From Lepidodermella squamata (Eukaryota > Animalia > Gastrotricha), in NCBI GenBank assembly GCA_047495785.1, contig JBLDXI010000024.1:930001-994000 (forward strand): a stretch of 64,000 nucleotides of DNA. The letters run 5' to 3'. Positions 53,164 through 63,481 of the stretch are shown piece after piece. How positions within the stretch are numbered: position 1 is the stretch's first letter; the number at the start of each line of letters is the position of its first letter. Made by a program: the position numbers and the translations under genes. Under the pieces are notes generated by a model. It ran no database searches and had not been told where the DNA came from. It worked only from the letters and a program-made list of their open reading frames with translations.

Positions 53164-53496
53164 TCACTTTTTGCCCACTTGAGCTCGTCGACCTTGTCCT
53201 TTGGTAGGCTTAACTCGACCTCGAAGACGCCTGAGACGGTCCATTTCTTCCTTGAAGTCAAGATGCTCATCGCGATACAAGCCAAACTGCCGCATCAGAA
53301 AAAACAAACGAGAAATATTAGGATGATCGGGATAATAATTGACGATGTTCGGTTTGTAGCAAGGTGCCGGTTGAGCATAACGATCCACAATACCCATGCT
53401 ATTTGCCGACGTGGGCCGCACGACCTCGCCGAAAATTCTTCCAGCTAAACGAGTCATGCGACGTCCATAAATAGAACCAACGCTTGCAGCACTCAT
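53164..53496 (-). CDS. MRPS33: Mitochondrial ribosomal protein S33
   Basis: RMTRLAGRIFGEVVRPT..YYP.H..LMRQFGLYRDEHLDFKEEMDRLRRLRG. Confidence 0.95.
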   Translation of the reverse strand: MSAASVGSIYGRRMTRLAGRIFGEVVRPTSANSMGIVDRYAQPAPCYKPNIVNYYPDHPNISRLFFLMRQFGLYRDEHLDFKEEMDRLRRLRGRVKPTKGQGRRAQVGKK

Positions 53497-53607
53497 TTCA
53501 AATATTGAGAAACATACACTATAAACAACACAGAAACGTTATACAAAACCAAACTTTATCGTCATATATGATAAGAAGATTGATGATTAGCAAAATCGAA
53601 TGACTAG

Positions 53608-54669
53608 CTAGCTATTCATGAAAGCAGCAATTGACCGCTGCGAGCAGCAAAGAGCAGCATCAATAGGTTTGAGAGTATCAGCAAAAGTTCCGAACAAAGA
53701 AAGACCAGCCAAGGTCAAATAAGCGTGAAGAGGATCGGCGGGACAACCGGGCAGCTTCCCGAAGCCTCCAATAACGCGATCTTCAACAGAACGATAAAAT
53801 CCGATAACCGATCTAGGGTCAATGAAATGAATGGCATCTAATATTTTCAAAGACGCTCCAACCCAGAAAAAGTAGCAAGAGTCTGACGGCTTATTCGGCC
53901 GCCCATTGAATCCACCATCAACATTCTGGCGCCGGAGTAGCCATTTGATAAGCGCAGTCTTCTTCTCAGGACTCAAAACTGTGTCTAGTTGATCGGTTAA
54001 CTTCAATGCAGCCAAACTGCAATAAACTGCGCCTGCATGGCCTTCCAGCTCGGGTTTCACGGTAATCGCTTCATCATACGTGAAGCAAGAATTAATGAAT
54101 AAAGATAATTTATCGAAATCAAATGCTTTCTTTGCAAAAGATGTCCCGCGCTTCTGGTCTACCATTTTTAAGACAGCAAAAATGCAAGCTGCGGAATAAG
54201 CGAATCGAACGTCGTATTCATCGTTCGGGAGCAAAGTTGGCTGGAAACAGCCGTTAGTTAGCTGGAACTTGGAAAGACCTTCTGACAACTTTTCCAACTC
54301 TAAATGCGAGTCATCGTCGATTTTCTCGCCGAGAATAATCAGAGATAACAATACGGCCGAAGTCATGGTAAGATGAGAAGTGTCCATGTCGTGATTTTCG
54401 AAGCCAACAGCCTCGCTGTGCCTAAAGGTAGATCCTCCTCGGAAGCCGAAATCATCGTTATGCTTTTGAAGATGCTTCAACCAAGCAATCAATTGCGGCT
54501 TAATTTTCTCGATGCGACCCAGCTCGTTCAAAACGTCGAGACCACACAAGCAGAAAAACGCGATGAGAGGCCGCTGCATGTCTTGGCTTTTCGCGGGGAT
54601 GCCGTTGAGAACCATTTGGAAATATCGGGCATGCCTATGAACATCAACGACGTCGTCCAACCCGGTCAT
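53608..54669 (-). CDS. PGGT1B: Geranylgeranyltransferase type I beta subunit (intronless)
   Basis: HARYF, AFFCLCGLDVL, GFRG, YDVRFAYSA, EGHAG, GFNGRPNKPSDSCYFFW, DPLHAYL. The first ATG is at 54669. Confidence 0.9.
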   Translation of the reverse strand: MTGLDDVVDVHRHARYFQMVLNGIPAKSQDMQRPLIAFFCLCGLDVLNELGRIEKIKPQLIAWLKHLQKHNDDFGFRGGSTFRHSEAVGFENHDMDTSHLTMTSAVLLSLIILGEKIDDDSHLELEKLSEGLSKFQLTNGCFQPTLLPNDEYDVRFAYSAACIFAVLKMVDQKRGTSFAKKAFDFDKLSLFINSCFTYDEAITVKPELEGHAGAVYCSLAALKLTDQLDTVLSPEKKTALIKWLLRRQNVDGGFNGRPNKPSDSCYFFWVGASLKILDAIHFIDPRSVIGFYRSVEDRVIGGFGKLPGCPADPLHAYLTLAGLSLFGTFADTLKPIDAALCCSQRSIAAFMNS

Positions 54670-55198
54670 TTCAGTATTTAATAACAACTAAAAACATGAC
54701 AGTAAAATAATCGATTTATTCAGTTTACATAGGGCTTAAGTGTCAAAATAATAATCATTTCCGTGTTATTACAGGTGTCATTGTAAGATAACAATTTTCT
54801 GATTTCACAGGGAATTCTTCCAAGCGGCCGCCTTAAAAATATCGGCGATAGTGATTGCAAGAGAACACAGACACACAACCTGACTAAATCAGGACAGATA
54901 GAAAGAGCGATAACGTATCCGTTGTCAACGATAATTTCATAACAAAGATCAGAATGTGTTTGGCAAAGCAAAAAGCAAAGAATTGCATTACGCAGTGTAC
55001 AAAGTTACCGGTTGACTTTTTTTCGTTCACAAATAAATGCAGTGAAAAGGCAGCGAATATTCTAAGATTCTGCTGTTATGTGGGTAACATCAATATTTTC
55101 ATCAAATAATCATGTTTTCAAAAATATATATGACATTTTCGGTTTTTATAGGCCGAAGAGTGTTTTTGTTAGCCAATGTTCCACCGGTAATGATTCGA

Positions 55199-57247
55199 TT
55201 ACAAACGAGCATTATTCGGTTGTTGCCAGCGATATGTTCCAGAGTACTTGAAACCAACCTTTGAACATAATTCGTCACTTTCTTTAGGACCGCGACTGAA
55301 AATAATTGAGCATATTATTTGACTTGAGCACGATTATCTAAAAACTCACCCTCCATATTGGTAAGGAAGTGGTTTAATTTTTTCGCTTTCAATTTTGTGA
55401 AGAAGTGGGGTGAAAATTCTCCAGGCTTCAGCCAATTCATCAGTTCTCACGAAGTTTATTTGACTGCCGCCCAAAACTTCAAGCAGCAAACGCTCGTAAG
55501 CATCCGGGAATTTGACCTCGCTGTAACGCGACGAATAGGTCAGATCGAGTTCAGTCTCCTCGAAACTGAAACCCATGCCGGGCTTCTTTGTCATCATCTT
55601 GAGGTAGACTGCTTCGTTGGGCTGCACGCGAAGCACGAGTTCGTTGCGCTGGATCGGATTGATGCTGTCGAAAATTGACGCGGCCACATCCTTGAATTGG
55701 ATGCGAAGCTCGGCTTTACGCTCATTCAACGCCTTGCCACACTTCATGATAAAAGGAACCCCATGCCATCTCTCATTGTCAACACTAAGAAAAATTCGTA
55801 AATTTAAAGAAATAATTAGTCCACCTTAACTAACTAAAGAACAGCTGTGGCAAAGGTGGGCGTAACGGAATCTTTCGGTACAGTTGAGTCGTCCAGGTAG
55901 CCGTGTTTTGAGTCGTCAGTCTTGCCATCAGGATCGGCAGTGTATTGTCCAAGAACGCAATTGCTCGTCTCAATCGGACACCATCTCGTGAGAGTCCTTT
56001 GACTTTTCGTCGCGGATATCCTCGGCGCCGACTGAGCTTGGTCGTTCCATGGCAGCCAAACATAGAATCTGCATCAAATGGTTTTGCATGACGTCGCGAA
56101 TAATACCGAACTGGTCGAAATATCCACCACGACCCATGGTTCCGAAGGGCTCTTTGAAGGTGATTACAACCGCTGAAATGTAGTGACGATTCCAGATCGG
56201 GCTGAACAAAACGTTGGCGAAACGCAGAACCAACAAATTCTGAACCATTTCCTTGCCCAAGTAGTGATCGATACGGTAGATTTGCTGTTCGTTAAACAGG
56301 CCAGCCAAGTGGCGCGACAACTTTTCCGACGAAGCCAGGTCATGGCCGAACGGCTTTCGACAACCACGCGAGTCCAACCCTGGCCTTTCGCCATGCAATT
56401 CTCGCGAATATTAGCCGAAACAGGTTCGTAACACGTTGGGAGGCAGGGCCATGTAGAACAAGCGGTTGACTGGTGACCCGTTGGCGCACAGTTTTTCGAT
56501 GTGTCATCGAGCTTCTTGAAGGTAACTACCGTCATCGTAAACGCCCTTGACATACGAGTTGATCGAGAAAAATCGCTCGAATTTTTCCATTTCTTTCGGG
56601 TTCTTCTATCCAGCTTAATTGAAAATAGCAACAAAAATTAGGGTAAATAAAGCAGTGCGTTTTCGAAATTGCATGCCAAAGTTAAAAACATTGACTTGAT
56701 ACAAAAAATGTTGGGAAGCGTTAAGTTTTCACGAGTACTTAATGCTAGCAAATTTTCTGTCTACTACAAAATTACAACGAAAAAACATATAAAAGTGCGA
56801 CATATATCTCTCACCTCGTTCTACAAAATTAAATTTCAAATTTTCAGTAGAGTTGCAAAAATAAAAAATCTGAAAAAATGAAAACTGCTTAAAAACGGGT
56901 ACAAACCTTCATGAATGGCTCGCAGCTTTCACGGATTTTCGCAATGGTCAGGTCGCTTCGGGCGAAACCAATGATGTGAGTCTTTTCGGGTAGAAGACCG
57001 TCGCGATACAAGCACCACAAAACTGGGTAGATTTTCTTCTTCGCAAGGTCGCCCTACAAAATCATCGCATTTAAAAGGAAATTTCATCAGATTTAGAAAG
57101 AAATACCGAGGCGCCCATGAGGATGAACGCGACAGTTTGAGTGAAGGAGTCCGGTTGTTCGGACTTGATGATTTGCAGCACATCTTTCTCTTCCAGCTGC
57201 ACGGTGCCTTCACGCTTGAGACCAGAAGCCAAGTGTTCCTCAGCCAT
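55199..57247 (-). CDS. G6PD: Glucose-6-phosphate 1-dehydrogenase; exon 3 is frameshifted in this assembly
   Basis: [42 protein letters not shown] and DAYERL are present. Several single-base indels lie between about 55975 and 56530. Confidence 0.9.
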
Positions 57248-57479
57248 TACAAATGATTGCCAAAAAATAAGATCACTAATGACAATAAAAAACACAATCA
57301 ATTCTCCAAATCCAACGAAGGGTAGCGCTATGAAGTAGCCCTGAGTAGTGAGGCGCAAAGTTAGTTTGGCTTTATTCACCGATATTTTTGTATAAATTGT
57401 GCGACGACGTCTGTTACGTAAACAATGATTAAAGAGGCGCTGCTGAGAAATAATAAGAGCCTCACCGGAAAGTGAACAA

Positions 57480-60400
57480 TCAATCATCATCATCTGAAAT
57501 TTCAATAACAACTGGTTCGGTTGAACGCGGAGCCGGAGTCAGCATTGGCGGGGCTTGATACATTGAACGAGGGACTGGAGCTCTTACCATCGGCGGGATG
57601 GCTGATGGCATTGGTATGAGAGGCGGCATTACTGGAGGAGGCGGGCCCCTCGGAATCGATTGGGATGGCAAGGGAAGTAGCGGTAATAAATTTGAAAAAC
57701 CGGGCGGGGCTGGTAATTGATAGGACGGCAGGCTGCTTCTTGGCGTTGACGAAAACGAAGGAGCAGGAGGTAAGCTGTAGAGGGGTAGCGACGGTAGAGA
57801 TGGCTCTATAGTAGAGCTTATTGATGGCTTCGGTGAAATCGGAGACGGCGCGCGAGGCAACGATGAAGGTGAACTAAGAGCCGGTGTAGATTGAATAGCA
57901 GGCCCGCCTGACAACATATTAGACAGAAGAGACGAATTCTGCCGCTGTTGTTGTTGTATTTGCAGCTGCTGCAGCTCGGCAAGTGATTGACTTTGAAAAC
58001 TAGAGGAAGTAGTAGTGCTCGTTTTTGTGGCAGTTGTGCCTTCAGCTGTTATCAGCGATGAAAGCAACCTGGTCGAAAAAAATCGAAAAATTTCCCAACA
58101 ACATGAGCAGTTGTCTCACTTACCCTTCAGTTGTCAAACGAGGTGGGGGAGGAGGGTGAGGTTTAGCCGCCGGTTGTCTTGGGGCTTGCTTAGATGCGTC
58201 ATCGTCATCCGATTCTCCTCCAGAACCGCCCTTTTTTCGCTTTTTGCCGCGGTTGTTCTTCGCAAAAGTGGGAAGCACAACCTGCTCGTACTCGATTTTA
58301 TCAGTTTCGTACTGCAGCAATGCTCTCCGCCGTTCCAGCTCAGTTAACCGCGTCGCAGGGTCAATCTCTCGAAAAGTGTCATGCCGTTGAGGTGGCTGTA
58401 ATTGGGAAGATAATACTAGCCTATTTGAATCACTTTTAATGAAATTTTACCCTTGCGAAATAAAACGACAGTTCTTTTATCACTGAATTCAGCACGTTAT
58501 CGACTACCGGGGCGTTGAAAGCAGCGATCAAACTTTCGGCTTGTTGCTTTGAATCAACAGGTGGTTTTGAAGGAACAACTTGCTCCTCTGGAAATTGCCG
58601 ATAAATGTTCTATAATTTAGGCATTGTTGCATTTTTCCTTTGAAAATTTGAAAATAACTACCTTAATGTCATCTCTTGTAAATCGTCGATTCACCGGAGA
58701 ATCGTCCACAACCCTAGTTGAAAGAGCTTCTTTCTGCACTTGTCTATCGTAGACGACCCGCTCGAGCGAGCAATCACTGACCAGCCGATACACAAAACAC
58801 GGCTTCAGCTGCCCAAAACGGTACACCCTTGCAAGGGCTTGAACATCTTGGCACGGGTTCCAACTCGCGTCCATCAGACACACCCGGTTGGCACCGGTCA
58901 AATTAATACCAAGCGAGCCTGCTCGGGTTGAAATAAGAAAAAGAACGGCTTGGTTGCTCAGACTAGACACTTTTTCATCAGAATTTTGCACTTCATTTTC
59001 AACTTTGACTTTCGGAGTTTTCCCCTGTTGAAAGCGGTTGACTAGCAATTCTCGGCTCGACCCGGGTGTCGATCCGTCGAATCGATAGTAGTCGACATTG
59101 GCCCGCCAGTAGTTATCAGCGCTCGGCGTTTCATCAATTGAACTCGGCAGAATCGCGTGTGGCTTGACTGACTTTTGCAAAATTTTCTCAATCATGTCAA
59201 GTGTAGCGATGTTTTGGCTGAAAACCAGCATGCGATCGCCGGCAAGCACCGCGTATTTAATCAGGCATAGCAGCACGCGAAATTTCGGGCTATCCTCCGG
59301 GTTGCACTTGGGCGTGTAATTCTCGAGCAGCGGAAGTGCCTGTGTGAATTGACAGATAATGATGAAGCAAGTAGAAGTAGAAAATGAGCCGGCAGATAAT
59401 GAATTAAAGCGCGCAGTGACCACGAGTCATGACGCGAAATCGATCGAACGTGCGATTGATTCAATTACGCGACGTCTCTGTAACACTGAATTCAGCGGCA
59501 GATAACGAACAATCAATCAGTACACTGTTTCTGTGGTAAGAAATGGATACTAAATGTAATATAGCCCAGTATAAGATCATCAACTTGACGTCGACAGCTA
59601 TACATGAGGGGCCGAGGGAATCCTAGATGTAGCAGTAGTCGTAGTACTTGGGGCGATACATTCTCATTTAACTACATTTTCCCTCAGGACGCATTACATC
59701 GTTCTTTGCTAAGATAGTTTTTGCGCGCTCTTACTGTATTTTCATATACCAATTTTTAAACATGATAAAAGCTCGAAAATGGTACTTGGCGTGACTGGCT
59801 CCTTCTTTAGAGCAACATTTTATAGAATGATTGATAGCATTTTAACCTCTCTACTATTCGCGATGGTTATCAACTTTTTCCTTCAAAATCCAACATTAAA
59901 CCTAGTAGAAGCTAACAATAACAAAGGTAAGGTTGCCTTCGCTTTGTGATTCCTAAATAAGTTATGTTTTTCCAGCAACCGGAAGTCCAGGTAACTGGGT
60001 AGAAGAATTCTGTCAAGAGTGCTCGACGTTTGGAGACGCTTGCATATTTCACGCCCCAACGAGACGCTGTTTTGCATTTGAAAGGCACCAACCGATGACG
60101 TGGCATCACGCTAACGACTGGTGCTTAAACGAAAATTTCACGGGTCTTGCTCGTTTAGTAACAAGGGACGCAGATTTAGCAGTCAGAACTTTCTTAGAGC
60201 GTATGTTTTTTCTGATTTATAAATCGAAACTAATCAATCTATGCAGGAAGGAATTGGCACTATGGCAATAGCTTTGCATACTGGATAGGTGGTGAATTCG
60301 AGCGGCGATTCGAGAATTGGCAATGGATAGGCTCAGATGGGTACCCAATGAATTACGTTAATTGGGAGATCAGATTGCCGGGCTACAAATCTCAGCCTGA

Positions 60401-62585
60401 CAATCCGTCTCTAGACAGTTGTGTTGATTTAGAGCTACGATACGTTGAAGGTAAAACGCTTCACTACGGTTGGTATGACACTAGATGCGACCACATGCAA
60501 TTTTTTATTTGTGAGCTTGTTACAAGCTAGAATTTTACTCAATTTTGTAAGATATTGCCTGCTAAACAGTACAAATAAATCAAAATTTACCCATCTCATA
60601 TCGTACTCGTTTTCATCTGATTTCTTTTCATCCTGATAACCAGCTCGCTTAGCAACCGCTAGCCAATTAGACCATTCGGAGCTTCTCATGTTTTGCTCAT
60701 TTTCCAAATCGATAGGCTGAGATTTAGGGGCAGAGCTCGTACTTGGCCCTCCGTTATTTTGAGATTTTTTGCGATTCTTCTTCGAGTTTTTCGAGTCGTC
60801 TACGAAGTCCTCTTCGCCCGACCAGATTTCATCGTCATCCACACCGTCACCAGCAACTTCCGCACGACCCCTAACAAACCGATAAAAAACGTCCGGGTGG
60901 TTTGAAATCTAAAATTTCAAACATTTATTATCATTTCAAGCCACTGTCGCTCCTAAACCTGCCTTCATTGCCATGGCGAAAGCTCGAAATAAGTTCCTAG
61001 TAAACAAGCCACCTGTCATTGAGCACCTAGCAACGCACATATTGTACGCTCGAGCTTGGAAATCGGTCATTTTCAACGACAAAATGTATTCATATTTTGG
61101 AGGTAGATGTTGATAGAGCAGTAACGCGGGTCGTCGGTGGACGAATCCTTTGAGCAAGGAATGTAAAATGTGACTCCGATCTCGCATCTGCTGAACTTCG
61201 ACTGGAACGCTGTCCGCGGCCGAGCCTCGTAAAATAGGCGAGACGAATAGGTCTTTGAATTGAACGAGCGGGCCGAGATGCCCTGGTCGAATGAAATCAA
61301 CCATATACCAATATTCCATCAAATTATTCTGCACCGGGTAGCCGGTCAAAACTAAACGCCGTCTAGTGCGAATTTTACGCATCAATTGCACAACCTCGGC
61401 GTTTTCCGACTTTAAACGATGTCCTTCATCACAGACGACTATATCGGGTCCGGGTTTGAATAAAGAAGTAATAAGTGTTTCGAATTCCCGTTTCCTCTCC
61501 GCTCCGAGGGCTTTCTTCTCCTCGGCACTCTCCTTGTTCTTTTGGCGAAGGTGAAGATATCCGCCACTCGCTTCCTTTTTCGCAGTGGCTTTCAACCTTT
61601 TTTGAGCGTTTTTCCATATGCTGAGAAGCATTTCATAACCGATAAGCAAGACGCCGCCGTTGCTTTTCCAATTAGCTGTAAGCAGGCGTTATCAATTATT
61701 TAATATTTAATAGGTTAGAAAATAATGCTGAAACTTACAAATTATGGCAAGTTTATCTTCAAAGGTTTTGCATTCATCGTCGATAAATGCCAGGCCAAAG
61801 GTGCGATATCTATCATCGACGTCAACTTCAACAACGCTGTTGACATCAGGTGTTGGGCTCTGTTGATGGCTGCCACTCTCATTATGAGACTTTTCAGGTA
61901 GCCACTTGTTGAATTCGGCAAACCACAATCTAATCGTATTTGCCGGTGTAACAATCAAGCACTTCTCGAGTTTGGTAGAACGGAATAAAGCTTCGAGAAA
62001 CGCTACGACTTGTAGGGTTTTCCCAAGACCCATCGAGTGAGCAAGAATACATCCAGCACCAGAAAGTCCAGCATTGAAATGAGGAATGCTACCAATCAGA
62101 TTGCTGTACATGAAACGCAGCCCACTAATCTGATGCGGCTTGAGCTGCTTGCCAATCTAAACAGGAGGTTCGAACATATTGAATCGTAACTCTCAAGTAT
62201 ATCTCACATGAAACGCAACAAATATATCATCTTCATTTTTTGCGTGTGTCGGATTCAACAAAACTCGCCCAAATGAATCCGGTTGATTACATTCGTCATT
62301 CTCAAGCAAGTTTGCGAGTGCAGAAATGGGCGAAGGCCTCGTATTGACAATTTCATCATCGCGAAGGGAAGATATATCAGCAACTGGATTGGATTCATCT
62401 GGTAAAAGAGAGGAGTCAATTTAAGCTATACATTCGAATCGCGTGGTGGAAAAATATTACTAATAATAATTAATTGTTCAATGTTAACAAGGTGTACAAT
62501 TTGCTATTTTCGAGTTCTCATAAGGCGTTAACTAAAAAGTACCTGCACTGCTTTCATCGTCGGAAATAACGATGCAATCGCCCAT
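57480..62585 (-). CDS. RAD54L2: Helicase ARIP4 (SNF2 family)
   Basis: GCILAHSMGLGKT, PGPDIVVCDEGHRLK, LTGYPVQNNLMEYW, ISNHPD, LISTRAGSLGINL, VYRFGQLKPCFVYRLV. SIM-like CIVISDDE and VIEISDDDD at the two termini. Confidence 0.9.
59827..60530 (+). CDS. Secreted C-type lectin nested in a RAD54L2 intron (exons 59827-59926, 59976-60200, 60247-60530)
   Basis: Signal peptide; CFAF..MTWHHANDWC..GLARL, YWIGG, WQW, YVNW, QPDN..C, WYDTRC..FICE. Exon phases are consistent. Confidence 0.88.
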
Positions 62586-62916
62586 AATTATTCATTTTTC
62601 ATCATAAATGATATTAAAATCTAGAAATCAAGTTCAAAAATTGCGTTAGCTGGTTGAACAAGCGAACTTATATTTCCAATGTTTAATGTTTACTCGTCTG
62701 TTTATAATTGAATTCAATATGGTACCTTGAAAAGAAAAGGTGTAGCCTCAATAGAGAGATCGGAGTTGCTAATAATCACGAAAAGGAAGTAGTATGATGC
62801 ATGTGATAGTACCAAGCATCTTTTAAACAATTCAATTTTTCGACTTCAAGATTAGGTAATCAAAATATAATATTACATGCGAACTCCCTGGAAACACTTA
62901 ACACCCGCTATATCTA

Positions 62917-62989
62917 AAATGTCAGAAGCTAGAAATCGAATGCGAATAAAATCATCCTAAGGTAGCCAAAACTTCTAATCATTCCATCC
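62917..62989 (-). ncRNA. Box C/D snoRNA antisense to 28S rRNA, in intron 63027-62914 of a non-coding leader
   Basis: The terminal stem GGAUG/CAUUU, box C AUGAUUA and box D CUGA give k-turn geometry. The guide UUUGGCUACCUUAG, just upstream of D' (AUGA), is complementary to the conserved 28S sequence UUAAGGUAGCCAAA. Confidence 0.72.
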
Positions 62990-63468
62990 GATAAAATTCC
63001 GTTCGAGAAAGCCCAGCTTCTTCTCACCCCAAACAGCAGCTCATTCGTCATTTGCTTCGTGCTCTCTGGATTAGCATTCCACCCCCTATCAGACGGTGAA
63101 CTAAAAGCCCTGAAGAAATAACAGGCGATGCCCTTCCAAGGGTAAGAAAGAATTGCGTGACAGAACTACATTCTCGAAGGCTCAACAACACGGCAAAATG
63201 AATAATATTGAATATGGAATTGTTGACCTACGGCTAAAACGGATGTAGAACAATCAATAAGACTTCTAAAGGCAGGCAAGCCAGGAGAGCAGGTGCGACT
63301 AACAGTCAGGAGGGATCAGTCAAGGCCATCAGCTGGGCGAAACTGATAACCAGGTCAAATCTCGTTTTCAAAATAGCTCATTATTTGAACTTCGCCAGAT
63401 TCATACTTTTTCGTGAAATATTATTTCTAAATTTAATTTGTCATTACTGACAAGTTTGAATAAATGCC

Positions 63469-63481
63469 GTTGCTAGACAAC
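63469..63481. promoter_or_regulatory. RFX X-box (GTTGCTAGACAAC)
   Basis: Near-consensus 13-bp RFX palindrome upstream of the RAD54L2 leader. Confidence 0.45.

Noticed and set aside
56495-56530. In-frame TGA in G6PD as selenocysteine or programmed frameshift
   Set aside because: The shifted frame matches G6PD better, several independent indels are needed, and there is no SECIS or slippery-site evidence.
62957-62970. Assignment to U15/snR13, or an R2 retrotransposon/rDNA fragment
   Set aside because: U15 and snR13 target the As of CCAAAUG with a different guide. There is no flanking rDNA or R2 sequence, and the C/D boxes explain the match better.
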